From NCBI GenBank assembly GCA_021613535.1, contig CP075494.1, positions 15,748,001-15,812,000 of the forward strand: a DNA stretch of 64,000 bases. The letters run 5' to 3'. Origin of the DNA: Adineta vaga (taxonomy: Eukaryota; Animalia; Rotifera). This document shows positions 12,925 through 25,500 of this stretch, piece after piece (the first letter of the stretch is position 1; each line of letters opens with the position of its first letter). Below the pieces are notes generated by a model. The model was not told the DNA's origin, ran no database searches, and saw only the letters and a program-made list of their open reading frames with translations. The position numbers and the translations under genes are program-made.

Positions 12925-14073
12925 ATGGTAACACACAATCAACGTATGTCAATTATTCTTCAAAATATCGACATTTACAGTCAACGAGTACAATTTACCG
13001 ATGGTTTATGTTATCTATTGATTATTCTTGGATTTATTGGAAATATCTTTGGACTTTTGATATTTTCTTCATCTCGACAAACATGGCGTCAATCATCAAC
13101 TTATGTTTATTTGGCAAATTCAAGTTCGATTATTAATCTATTTTGTGCAACACGATATGCACTTATTTTACATTCAAGAACACGAATTTTTATCAATGAA
13201 TTAGTTCAATATCAATGGTTTGCTTGTAAATTGTATGAAATTTCCTTTTGTTTTCGTGTTATTTCTTCTTGGATAACACTTTTCTGGATGTTTGAACGAT
13301 TAACATGTATTTCTGAAAGCTTACGAACATTTTGTAATCGATGGAAAACAAGTCAATTGAAATTTCTTATTCCATGTATAATTCTTACTTTAATTCTAGT
13401 TTGTGTTCTCGGTCCTTCGGTTTATATGTATCAACCACAAATAATTGAGTATAGATTCTTTTCTATTTCATTACAAAATCAATCAATCAATTCTACACGA
13501 GATAAAATATCTTATCATTGTGGAATTAGTTTAAATGAATCTTTAAGATGGCAAAAATATTTTAATGATATGAATCTTGGTTTTAATCATCATACAATAC
13601 GTTGTTTTTTCTCGGAATTATTTCCCGCTGGAATTATTATTCTTTTTAATAGTTTTATTCTTTATTATATTGTTCAAACATCACGTCGTTTAAGTCAATC
13701 GAAACAACGAAGAAATGTTACATCATGGATGAATATTGTTTTAATTCTTCATTCTTGTCTTTTTCTTTCATCACTTTTATCACATATTGTTGGACATTTT
13801 CTTTCGGTTGATGCACATGAAACATGGTGGGTGTTATTATCAGTTTTAATGAGTTGTTCATTGAATTTTTATGTTTATTGTTTATCGGGAAGAGATTTTC
13901 GATTGAAAATTCTTTATTTAATTCGATTATTCTTCATTCGAATTATTTATCAAATACAAATTCGAAAACTAAAATGGAAAGAACGACAAGAGAATTTGAA
14001 AGAGAAGGATTACACTTTTGAATGTGAACTTATGGTAAGAAACAGTCAATTGATAAATCATTTGTATCAATAA
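12925..14073 (+). CDS. Rhodopsin-like (class A) GPCR
   Basis: Seven hydrophobic segments, GFIGN in TM1, FERL (DRY equivalent), LNFYVYCLSGRDFR in TM7/H8; may contain a small in-frame intron near 13450. Confidence 0.85.
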   Translation: MVTHNQRMSIILQNIDIYSQRVQFTDGLCYLLIILGFIGNIFGLLIFSSSRQTWRQSSTYVYLANSSSIINLFCATRYALILHSRTRIFINELVQYQWFACKLYEISFCFRVISSWITLFWMFERLTCISESLRTFCNRWKTSQLKFLIPCIILTLILVCVLGPSVYMYQPQIIEYRFFSISLQNQSINSTRDKISYHCGISLNESLRWQKYFNDMNLGFNHHTIRCFFSELFPAGIIILFNSFILYYIVQTSRRLSQSKQRRNVTSWMNIVLILHSCLFLSSLLSHIVGHFLSVDAHETWWVLLSVLMSCSLNFYVYCLSGRDFRLKILYLIRLFFIRIIYQIQIRKLKWKERQENLKEKDYTFECELMVRNSQLINHLYQ

Positions 14074-14170
14074 ATTAAAAATTTGAATAAAATAAATGTT
14101 TATTGATAAAAGAACGCGTGAAAAAATATGTGTTAATTGAAAAATTAGGTCATATATGAATATTACAAGT

Positions 14171-15671
14171 TTAATCTTCATCTTCGTCATTTGGTGGAGG
14201 TATTAATTTCAATGGATGATCATGTCCTTTCTTTTCGCATTCTGCACATAAATCATAATTCTTACAAGTTTCACAATAATATCTTTGACCAATAACTGGA
14301 CATTTACTACATCCATCACAGGTAACATGTGACCATTCATATTCTTCAGGTGGTGGAGGAGGAACTTTTTCTCCTCGTGACCATGTTTTTAATGCTTCAA
14401 TACCTTTTGTTGAAACATCATCACGACCACGACGTGCCAATAAATTTCCATCTGCTGAGAGAATAATTAAGGATGGAATACCTTTAGAAGAACAAGAAAA
14501 CATATGAATGATATAGTTATAGGCGAAGAAAAACTAATTTACCAGAACATTGAAAATATGCTTTGAGTAATGCACCGGAATTTAATGGAACAGCAACCCA
14601 TGGCATTGTTTTTCGATATTCATTAAATGAATCTTCATCACGATCACTTGAAACAAAAACAATACGAAATGCTTTAGAATCTGTTTGTGCTTCTTTATAA
14701 AATTCGGCTAATTTCGGTGTAAAACTTCGACAAGGTGGACACCAATGAGCAGAAAAATAGAATCCTACACTTTTAACTCCATCTTCCCATAATGTTTTTG
14801 TTTCAACTTTCTCGTCATTATCTGGATTGAGTAAATATGGAACTGATTTACAAAGTTCTTCTAATGAATGATGTTTTTTCGGTATAAGATATTCAACAAG
14901 TGGATGTTCATGTTTATGATCAGTAAAACATGTTGAACATAGATCAATATCACATTCTCGATTCGGACATCCATGACGTGAACCAAGTAAAGGTTTCATA
15001 TAACATTGAGAACATGAAATATCTTTCCAAACATGTTCTCCTTCTTTTGCTTCACGTTTCCAATATAAACCTTTTCCTTTCGACCAATTAATTAAAGCAT
15101 TTTTCGATGCAGAACGTACTTCAGAAACTCCATCAGAAATGATCATTTCACCCGAGGGAGAAAGTACAACTAACGATGGAATACCTTCAACTTCAAATTT
15201 TTCTCCTAATGTTTGTGAACGATCTCGATCTAAATAAATTTGACATAGAAATTTTCTTTTCTTTCTAGAAAGCACTTCAATTTGAAGTGATTTCTTGATA
15301 GAAACAAAACATACCTGAGAATGGTAATGCTTTCCATGGCATTTCTTTAAAATATCCATCAAATGCTTCTTGATCTTCATCACATGAAACAAAAACAACA
15401 TCTAAATTATCTTTAATTTCATTATGAACTTCTCCGAAAAGTTTTGCTAATTCTGGTGTAAATTTTCGACATGGTGGACACCAATGAGCTCTATAGAATA
15501 GAAATCCTAGTTTAAATACCATTAGCTTCTCTTTTTGTCACCAACTTACGAGAAATACAAAGCAACATATTTGCCATTTAGTTTATCCGTTGAAATTTGA
15601 CTTGTTTCTTCACCTGATTCATTATGTTGAAGAAGATTTTCACCGAGTAATTCAGTAAAAGTTGTTGCCAT
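14171..15671 (-). CDS. Nucleoredoxin/tryparedoxin-like protein with (Trx-ZZ)x2 architecture
   Basis: Two YFSAHWCPPCR.FTP.L active sites, VFVS.D.D, MPW, GIPSL motifs; each Trx domain is followed by a CxxC...C..C..DLC..C...H.H ZZ-type finger; 4 exons. Confidence 0.88.
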
Positions 15672-16315
15672 TTTTTTATCAAATAATTATGTGAAGTAAA
15701 CATCGTTGCAATATACCTCGTTTTATACGGCAAAGAAAAATGGAAAAGGGGGTGCCATCGATTGCTACATCATTGTGAAAGAAACGTATGTAACCAAGTT
15801 GTGCTTGTTTTTTTGCTTTTTATGACTAATGGTTTATTCATTCGTTTCTTTTCTTTTCTCTTTATAGTCATATGGTATAAACATCGATGTTTTTCTCTTC
15901 TACAAATATTCATAAACTTATTACTGAATATGGGAAAAGAAATGTGTCATTGTTGAATCACTCGTGTGTATCGAGGGTTATTAATAAATATGAATAAGAT
16001 CGAGTAATGATAAAGAAAACAGATGAAAGAAACTTCGCGAAAGATATTTTATGATGAAATATTATTGTGTATTCATGTTTTTCGATAAGATTTCAATATA
16101 TTGGTATGAAATAATTATGCAATATTTAAACATATGATTAATCAAAACAAGAAGTGAAGATTAGTTTTATCAAACTAAATCGATGATATTTAATTTTGCC
16201 AATACTAATAATTTAATCTTTTGAAATCATATTAAATATTTTCTAAAAAACAGAGAACTTACCTTTGGTGCTAATGTATATATAAACTGAGAAATTTCTA
16301 TAAATTTGTAAAAGA

Positions 16316-19300
16316 ATGAATATATTTGTAAAAACCATTGTTATCTGTATATATATATATATATATATCGTAACTAATTCTGATGCAGTTTTATATAATT
16401 GTGATAAAGGAAATGACACATGTGGCTGTGGAGATGTTAATGTTGAATTAACTCCTTTGAATGAAGATGCAATTGAACATAGTTGGCCAATGATTGTTTT
16501 ACTTGATATTTTTTGATCAATATCAAGCTATCCGTGTATACGGGGTCAATTTTAAATAAGTATTTTATTTTAACATCTGCTTATTGTGTTCAATATTATC
16601 TTCCATCTTAAGTAGAAATCCTAGCTGGTATTCATTATCGAACAGATAAAAATATAACAACTCGTATTGGTAATCGAGTTTTTATTCATCCAAAATATCA
16701 AGATCATTCAAATGGATATGAAAATAATATTGCACTTTTAAAGTTACATGAACCATTGTCTTTTTTGTTGAATGATGGCAGAGGTAAATTAATTCTTCAT
16801 ATCAAGTTTCTATCCTTATCTTGTTTGTTTTTATTTAAATAGATCTATGTTATATAGTATGAAAAAGAAATCAAATGATTAATTTTACATTGAATTTTTC
16901 ATTATAGGTGATTTTGCTGGACCAATTTTACAATGGATCGATAATCGATGGGAACAGGTGATACTGTTGTAGAGATATAATAAAACGATTATACTTTTGT
17001 TAATATAGATTGGTATAACAAATTATCCGCGACAAGAATTATTGTTGGTGAAAATGCAATTAGCAATAGTTGGTCAATGATTGTATCGATTCGTCAAAGA
17101 TCATTCGAACATAATACTAATGGAATACATGGCTGTGATGGTACAATTCTTAATGAATGGTATGTTCTTACTACAGCTTATTGTCTGGATATGATTTCAT
17201 TCGAACTTTATAATCAATCGATATTAAATCATACGAGTCGAACAATTGATCGAATTATTATTCATCCATTATGGAAACAAGGAAAACAATTTTCGAACGA
17301 TACAGCACTTATTCGTCTATCTGAAGCACTAGATTTTCAAACAAATCCATACATTTCACGAACATGTCGTTCACCACAAATGAATTCAATCGAACAGATA
17401 TTTAATTATCCATTAAATGGTACACTTTTAATAGCTACTGGATGGGGTACAGCTAAGAATGGTACATCTGCGGAGATATTACAACAAGTTGGTATAACTT
17501 CTTATGCCACACCTTTTTGTGCTCTTCATGATTGGATAGAATCGATTATTAATCCAGATTATTCTTCTACATCATCAACAACAACACAGAAAATGACTAA
17601 ACAAACTTTGTCACCCATAACAATGAATAGCATGAGACCAAGTCTATGCGGATGTGGATATTTCATCGGATAGCGTTACTAGTACTGATGCAGATCTATC
17701 TAGTTGGACAACGATTGTCTCCATTCGTTTTAACGATATCATACAACATTCATGTGCTATGGTACCATTCTTTCTAATCGATATATTCTAACTGCTGCAA
17801 ATTGTATAGAAAATTAATCAATATGGAATATAACAGTTGTACTGGATGATTTTGTTCTATCGCCGATGCCGTTTGAAAGATTTTATATCGATCGAATTCA
17901 TTAACATCCACGATATCGAAAATATGGAAATTATTTTGAAAATGATATTGTACTTTTACATTTAACCAAATCGATGAATGTTAAAGAATTCTGATTTGAG
18001 AGGTTTCACTTGTATACCAAAGATGAATTCTCAAATGAATATATCACAATATCCATCAAGTAAATCAAAGTTAGCTATTGTTGGATGGGAAATTACAAAA
18101 GATAATCGAACTTATCTATCAAATATTTTTCAACAACTTGAAATCTCTATGATTGATATTAACGATTCTTTCTGTTCAAATTTCAATATAGATTCAAATA
18201 AACAATTCTGTGCTGGATTCAATCATCAAATTATTGGTATATATTTATTCTTTTTCCCTTTTACTTACAGATTCTTGTCGTCGTATGTAAAACGAAACTA
18301 ATCTCATAGTTAACACTTTATACGTATTGTATAGGTGGCGCTGGCGGATCAGTATTTCAATGGATGAATGGCTATTGGGATTAGGTAAAATATTCAAAAA
18401 TACGTATGTACAGTTTCAGCAAACCGTTCATACTATCACCTACATTCTCGTGCATTCCTTTTTGAAAAGAAATGAATCAATATTTAACCCTTCCTTTCAG
18501 AAAAGGGAATATTCGTCTTGCATATTATTATGATTGGATATACAATCTATACTTAATTATGATGATGAGAAAATAACAAGTTTAACAAGAATTGAACCAA
18601 CAAAAATTACATTCATTTATCAATGTAATCAAAAAAATATGAGCTGCGGTTGTGGTTATTCGAATGTTGAAGCGATCTCAATATTAGGTATGACTGAAAG
18701 TATCAATGCAATTGAAGGAAGTTGGCCAACGCTCGTTTCTCTTCGAATAATGAATAATAGTAAACATATTTGTAGTGGAACTTTATTATCAAATTCTTAT
18801 ATACTGATAGTTGCTCATTGTGTTCAAACATTTTCAAAAATAAATCCAGGTGATCTGACTACTGTTGCAGGAATTACAAATCAATCAGATCTAACTGCTG
18901 GCCATATACTTTATATTCGTCGAATTTATTTCTATTCAAATTATACAAATAGATTTCAAAATGATATTGCAATATTAGAAGTTGATTATCCATTATTAAT
19001 AGATTTTATTCCATTGTTAAGTCGAACATGTATTCCTCAGAATCATTCAATTCATCAATTGATGAGGATCGGATGGAAAACAGTTAAAAATGAACAATAT
19101 ATTGAATCGGAATTGTTACAGCAAACAAAAGTCTTTCTCATAGATAAACATCATCCCAATTGTTCGAATTTCATTTATGATTTTGACAAACAATTTTGTG
19201 CGTAAACACATCAAGTTCATGCAGGTCAGTTATTGAAATGTTGATACTTGAAGTTAAACTGAGATCTTTTCTTTTACGTTAGATTCTTGTCAAGGTAAAA

Positions 19301-19666
19301 AAACAAATTACCTTTATTTTATTGTCTCATATATAAAATATTCTTTTCAGGAGATTCTGGTAGTTCAATATTTCAATGGACTGGACAATATTGGAATCAA
19401 ATTGGTATCATTTCGAGTGCTTTTACTTGTAATAATATAGGTAGTACAAATGTTTATACTCGTTTATCATCTTATCGAACATGGATGGATGAAATTGTTA
19501 GTAAAATTGGTGAATATATTGAACCAGTATATCCGATGACATCAAAGATTAGTACTACTATGATTATTCCAATGAGTACAATAATATCAAGTAGTTCTGG
19601 ATGGATCAATAATATGAATATGAAAATATTTATTTTCATTATTCTTTTCACATTTTTTTGACATAA
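16316..19666 (+). pseudogene. Decayed multi-domain (about 4 tandem) trypsin-like serine protease gene
   Basis: Repeated CGCG...SWP...C.GT.L...Y.LT.A.C...NDIAL...GW...QFCAG...GDSG units; in-frame stops (16514, ~17815, 19203) and frameshifts; hydrophobic C-terminal tail. Confidence 0.8.
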
Positions 19667-20336
19667 TACGAAATTAAATCAAGATTTTTTTCAAGAACAA
19701 TCTCAATAAAATGAATAAAATATTTTCCCTTGATTCGATGGTTGCCGTATACATAATTTACTTATATATTAAAGTAAAGTATTTTCACACAGATTATGTC
19801 GTACGTCGTACGACATTCAATGATTCACTCCATCCATTCTTTTCCGATAAGAAATGGCGCATTTGCTTTTATCAAAATAGATTTAGACATTTGAGTTATA
19901 AAATATATGATATCGAATACATAAAGATAAGATGTACTCAGATTGATTTCTCGCTTTAATCTTAATAAAGTTTTCTATTGAGTTTAGTGACGTAATTATA
20001 GTTCATAAAAAGTAATCATACTACTTCAATTAGTTCTCCAATTTATTCTATTTCCAAGAGAATTCAAGTAAAAAGTCATCTTTATTTCTCGTATTACAGG
20101 GTATTCAACACAGTTCATCAAAAGCAAATCACAAATTAATTTTTTTCAGAAATAAAACAGATTTCCTGACACCTTTATTATTGTTGTAATATAGAGTACA
20201 AGAAATAATTACAAGACTACTCCCAAAACCATCTATCAAAGAAACTGTAAATTAACACTAATACATTTCTACGAAAAAATCCACAAGCATCATGAAGATG
20301 CTCTTATAAACATGAACTTGGGTGCACTTGTATCTT

Positions 20337-21419
20337 TTACCAAGCTGGACGAGTCAATGGATTGACATAGTCATCGAATTGATGTGGAAGAGCTGGGCGG
20401 GTCAATGGATTGATATATTCATCGTCATGTTCAGCAGGAGCTGGACGAGTCAATGGATTGATGTAGTCGTCGAATTGATGTGGAAGAGCTGGGCGGGTCA
20501 ATGGATTGATATATTCATCGTCATGTTCAGCAGGAGCTGGACGAGTCAATGGATTGATGTAGTCGTCGAATTGATGTGGAAGAGCTGGGCGGGTCAATGG
20601 ATTGATATATTCATCGTCATGTTCAGCAGGAGCTGGGCGGGTCAATGGATTGATATATTCATCGTCATGTTCAGCAGGAGCTGGACGAGTCAATGGATTG
20701 ATGTAGTCGTCGAATTGATGTGGAAGAGCTGGACGAGTCAATGGATTGATATATTCATCGTCATGTTCAGCAGGAGCTGGACGAGTCAATGGATTGATGT
20801 AGTCGTCGAATTGATGTGGAAGAGCTGGGCGGGTCAATGGATTGATATATTCATCGTCATGTTCAGCAGGAGCTGGGCGGGTCAATGGATTGATATATTC
20901 ATCGTCATGTTCAGCAGGAGCTGGACGAGTCAATGGATTGATGTAGTCGTCGAATTGATGTGGAAGAGCTGGGCGGGTCAATGGATTGATATATTCATCG
21001 TCATGTTCAGCAGGAGCTGGACGAGTCAATGGATTGATGTAGTCGTCGAATTGATGTGGAAGAGCTGGGCGGGTCAATGGATTGATATATTCATCGTCAT
21101 GTTCAGCAGGAGCTGGACGAGTCAATGGATTGATGTAGTCGTCGAATTGATGTGGAAGAGCTGGACGAGTCAATGGATTGATATATTCATCGTCATGTTC
21201 AGCAGGAGCTGGACGAGTCAATGGATTGATGTAGTCGTCGAATTGATGTGGAAGAGCTGGGCGGGTCAATGGATTGATATATTCATCGTCATGTTCAGCA
21301 GGAGCTGGACGGGTCAATGGATTGACGTAGTCTTCGAATTGGTGTGGAAGAGCTGGTCGAGTTAATGGATTGCCCAAAGCATAACCAACGACAAGAAGAA
21401 GTATAATCTTGGCTTTCAT
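20337..21419 (-). CDS. Secreted tandem-repeat protein / putative multi-copy peptide precursor (signal peptide + 21 x 16-aa units + NPLTRPAW)
   Basis: Intronless ORF; MKAKIILLLVVGYALG signal peptide; units NPLTRPALPHQFDDYI (10x) and NPLTRPAPAEHDDEYI (11x); TATATAAAA on the minus strand ~70 nt upstream. Confidence 0.85.
   Translation of the reverse strand: MKAKIILLLVVGYALGNPLTRPALPHQFEDYVNPLTRPAPAEHDDEYINPLTRPALPHQFDDYINPLTRPAPAEHDDEYINPLTRPALPHQFDDYINPLTRPAPAEHDDEYINPLTRPALPHQFDDYINPLTRPAPAEHDDEYINPLTRPALPHQFDDYINPLTRPAPAEHDDEYINPLTRPAPAEHDDEYINPLTRPALPHQFDDYINPLTRPAPAEHDDEYINPLTRPALPHQFDDYINPLTRPAPAEHDDEYINPLTRPAPAEHDDEYINPLTRPALPHQFDDYINPLTRPAPAEHDDEYINPLTRPALPHQFDDYINPLTRPAPAEHDDEYINPLTRPALPHQFDDYVNPLTRPAW
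20340..21371. repeat. 48-bp coding tandem repeat with two alternating unit types
   Basis: Directly visible; GC-richer than the flanks. Confidence 0.97.
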
Positions 21420-22560
21420 TGTTCTTCTAGATTATATGTTGTAATTGATGATCGGCGAAAATAAATGTTTAAAAATCATTGACGTGTTTTTATATATGAT
21501 CGTAATGAGAATCTGAGCAGATGTAAAACTATTATAGTCATGAGAAGATAGCAGATGCTGTACTAGGATCAAAGTCATTGTCTACACGGAATCGTATATT
21601 ATTCACCTTGTTTGTGATGAGTACTATGTGGAATTGACGAAAATTTCCGAGAAAACCGTTACTAGTCATTGGATCAATATTAATAGTCATGATAAACTTC
21701 AAAATATTTTATATCCAATTAATTAAATATTTGAAATTTCATTATTTATAATTTTAAGACTTATTAAAAATGTAAATATATATATATATATGATTCTAAT
21801 ATTATCGAAACAAAATTTGTTCTATTTCTTTACAATTTAATAATTTTCTCGAAAACTTCTTTTTCTTTATAATATCTTAACCTTGAGATAAAAATAAAGG
21901 ATTATTTTTGTTTTTCTTTCATCTTTTTGTAATGTCATCAGTCATAAATGATTGCCGTACAAAAAAGTCGGAAAATATTTGTTTTTTAATCTTTAATCCT
22001 TATCATCAAAACATTTTATTCTATTACGCATCGAGGTACAACAATCCAATATGCATCGTAATTATTGTTTTTTTATTAATTCTGATAAAGATAATGAAAA
22101 TATAATCACAAAAGGAACAAAAAAAGCTACTCTTGAATAATGCAAAATTATGGTTTCTCTTCGTCAATCAAATAAAATGGACAATATTAACAAGAGATTT
22201 TTCTGATTGGTTAACGTTTTTTGAAATCAAGTTTACTTTTTATTTTGATTTATAAGAATGAAATTGAAGATTAAAAAAAGGAAGTATTTAATTCGGAAAA
22301 CAAAGATATAATTGAAGTGTTACCTATCATGCGCATTTATCTTCCTATTCAGTAAACTAACTCTAACAGTCCTTGGTAATATTGTTCGTGCATTGGGTTT
22401 TAAAAAGTATCTTATGCAATTTGAAAAGATTTTGCTACTAACTGAAAAGAATTTTATTACTCAATCTGTGAAACAATGTTCTGTCGGTTTCATTTTTAGT
22501 TAAAGAAATCAATGACATCAAATCCAAAGAAAACAATTCGAATAAAAAACGCAATATAGT

Positions 22561-23130
22561 TCACTTGGGTGGTTTACAAGACTTTTCCGGAACGGGTAAT
22601 TTGAAAACACTCTTAGGTACAACAGCTGGTCCAATTGTATAATTTGTAAAGATTGATATAAGAATACTATTATCTAAGATTTCAATTGGTGTATTATCTT
22701 TAACAGAAGCTAGATAACTCCATGTGTAAGATTGATCAGTTTGATTCCACATATTACATTCAATTTTTGGGTTATAAACTGATCTTGTTTTACCAGCATA
22801 AGGTAATTTTTGCCAATCTGCTAACATATCTGCATCATTATGATTGATTTTTTCGCAGCGAGGTGGATTTTTGTCATAGTAAACATAATATCCTGTTTTA
22901 CTTTCTCCATAATAAAATGATTGTTCAGTAAGACGACCTAGATTAGTTACATCAATACGAAAAAGTTGTGCAAAACGATCAACATAATTTGTTGTCACTT
23001 CGATTTGTGATGAAGGACCACCGGGTTTACCAGCTCGTATTGTAAATTGATTTGGATTCGGTGGAGTTGGAATATCTCGAAGATGAATATTTTGAATTAA
23101 TGTAAATAATAAAAGAATTTTTATGATCAT
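22561..23130 (-). CDS. Secreted ependymin-related (EPDR/LolA-fold-like) protein
   Basis: Signal peptide, P..PNQF start, CEK, ECNMW, P(I)EI, FTNYTIG..VPKSVFKLP...C terminal pattern; intronless. Confidence 0.6.
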   Translation of the reverse strand: MIIKILLLFTLIQNIHLRDIPTPPNPNQFTIRAGKPGGPSSQIEVTTNYVDRFAQLFRIDVTNLGRLTEQSFYYGESKTGYYVYYDKNPPRCEKINHNDADMLADWQKLPYAGKTRSVYNPKIECNMWNQTDQSYTWSYLASVKDNTPIEILDNSILISIFTNYTIGPAVVPKSVFKLPVPEKSCKPPK

Positions 23131-23553
23131 TTTCGTTTTAAAGAACTTTTAAATGTTTTCAATTTAGATAAAACGCGATGTTATAATATACTGCACCTTG
23201 TTTTTATATTTGTCATTATTTTAAAGCAAAAGATTGTCATCATTGTGATAAAAAATACATTATCATTTCTTTCTTCTTATCAAATAATATTATCTAAGTG
23301 ATAGAACAACGATTTCTATGAATTGATGCATTGTTAATATTTGAAGCAAGTTAATATTCATAGAGAAGAACAAATAAGTTTTCATTTTTCACCTAACGAC
23401 AAAAAAGAACATTTTATCGATAAAATTCTCAACTTGTGTTCTATTGGATATATTTTTAATGAACTTTGTTTATCTCTTCTTATGGAAAGGTCATGTGACT
23501 GTATATATATAAATACAGGAGATGTTCATTCGATCACACAATAAACATTAACC

Positions 23554-23952
23554 ATGAAGTCAACATTGATATATTTATCTTTATGCTTGTTTTGCGTACA
23601 TTATCTTCAAGGTCATTTAATCAAACATAGTGTTGTTGATTTCGGAGATGAAAATTGGGCGCTTGGATGTGATTATGTAGGTCGTAATTATAAACAAATC
23701 TCTGTTCAACGTGATGAATGCCGTGAAAAATGTGATGAAGAATCTGAATGTACACATTACACTTGGCGATCATGGAATGATGGAACTTGCTGGTTGAAGA
23801 ATGGTTCAATTACTAAAGAAGAATTTGTCGTGTCTGATGATCCAAATATGTTGTGTGGAATTAAAGAAAGTACTAATGAGGCTGTTTCAGGAAAAATAGT
23901 TGAACCAGAAAGAGAAGATGGAGAAAAGATCGGAGAACTAATTTCAGATTAG
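23554..23952 (+). CDS. Secreted PAN/Apple-domain protein
   Basis: Signal peptide; WALGCDYVGRN...CREKC....CTHYTW....GTCWLK..CG Apple pattern; intronless; TATATAAA upstream. Confidence 0.8.
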   Translation: MKSTLIYLSLCLFCVHYLQGHLIKHSVVDFGDENWALGCDYVGRNYKQISVQRDECREKCDEESECTHYTWRSWNDGTCWLKNGSITKEEFVVSDDPNMLCGIKESTNEAVSGKIVEPEREDGEKIGELISD

Positions 23953-25103
23953 TTACTGGTTTTTTTTCATACATATGAAATCGATTGATGGTTAACAAAA
24001 TGAATTAAGATGTTATACTATCGTTTTACTCTCATATCTAATTGTACAATCATGTTTCATTCTGTTGAAAAATTAGAAATAATACTCAATGAATATGTAT
24101 TTCTTTGTATTGTATAATGAATGGATGAATGTGAATATTTGCATTGTTTTATTTATATTCTAGTTTCATATTTGAAACACATGAATTTTTAAACTGATAA
24201 TTTACTTATATTATGTGATATTGCTAGGGAGAGTAAAGGCTAGACGAAGGTGTGAGAAAGATAGAAACACATTCGAGAATTAATCCTGTCCATAATAAAA
24301 TTCTATATAAAAGTGGAGCTTTATTATTCATGTTTGACGAATATATGTTTTTTTTCATTACTTTAACTTTAGTTAAACTTTCATACTGAAAAAGACATTT
24401 TGATTGATTTTTAAATTCTATAGTTTTCGATGTAAAATAGAATAAAAACTGATCATTATTGTTAATATTGACTACATGAATGTCCTTTCATTCTGCTAAA
24501 ATATACGCACTATTTTCATCGTCCTTATCTTGATAAATATCTGAGTAATTTTATGAAAGATTGTTTATTTCAGTGCCAGAATTATGATTATTGTCGTAAA
24601 CTTGGTATTTTTCACTTATATTTAGTTGCTGTAGCATTGCAAAGATCAAGGTTTTGTTTCCAAGAGAAACCGCAATAAAGCGACAATGACTGTGCTCAAA
24701 AAGTCATGGCTGTTTGTGTTTGCTTGTTTATTTAGCATTTTGCTGGCTTGTATCATTCCAACCTTTTTTTATCCATGACTGAATTTCAATTGTATACATC
24801 ATACAGTTCAAGAAATTAAGGTGTTTTTTTATGAATATTCTAAGGATCTCAACAAATATTCACAAAGAAATCAGTGAAAAAAAACGAAACGATATTATAT
24901 GATGATAATGAGAGAGTGAGAAATCATGACATTATTAAGTAAAAGAACGATCAGACTACTCTTGTAATTTTTTGAGAAAAGGCTTCGAGAATGCAAAGAA
25001 TTAACGCTACTGATTGTCTATCGATTGATATGTAACAAGTATTGCATAGATTATGAAAGATTCATTTTCGAAACAAAAGCCTTTTCAACGAAAATAGTCA
25101 CGA

Positions 25104-25500
25104 ATGCACGATTCTTCACATGTTTATAATGTGCCTAAAATGCTTTATATTAAACGTTTTTCAATCGCATTGGATAATATTGTTTATTTGTATAATTTAT
25201 TTGAAATAATACCAAATCTTATAGAGTTTCGTTTGACATTATTTTATATCGGTGGTAGCATTAATGGTAAGTTCGGATCTCGTTATCGATTATGTACACC
25301 TCCTTCTCTTTCAAAACTAACTGTCAGATTTCACGCTACATCAGAAACTCATCATTTTGATCATGGAGAACTTTTTTTATGGATCAGTGTCTTTCTGAAT
25401 TCATTCAAACATAATTAAAAATCATTCACACTTACTGGGTTTTATACCGACAAAGAATTTGATAGCCGCGAGAAAATTCAACGTTTAATTCATGATATTT
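25104..25500 (+). pseudogene. Remnant of an F-box/LRR-like bdelloid family gene
   Basis: LYNLFEIIPNLIEFRLTL / PSLSKLTVRF resemble the LRR-like segments of the 56504 gene; interrupted by stops. Confidence 0.35.

Noticed and set aside
20322-21365. 347-aa Trp-rich ORF on the + strand overlapping the repeat gene
   Set aside because: Antisense shadow of a stop-free 48-bp repeat; GTG start, whereas the minus ORF has ATG, a signal peptide and a TATA box
20340-21371. CRISPR-like appearance (constant segment alternating with variable segment)
   Set aside because: Only two 'spacer' types recur, the period is an in-frame 48 bp within a coding ORF, the context is eukaryotic and there are no cas genes
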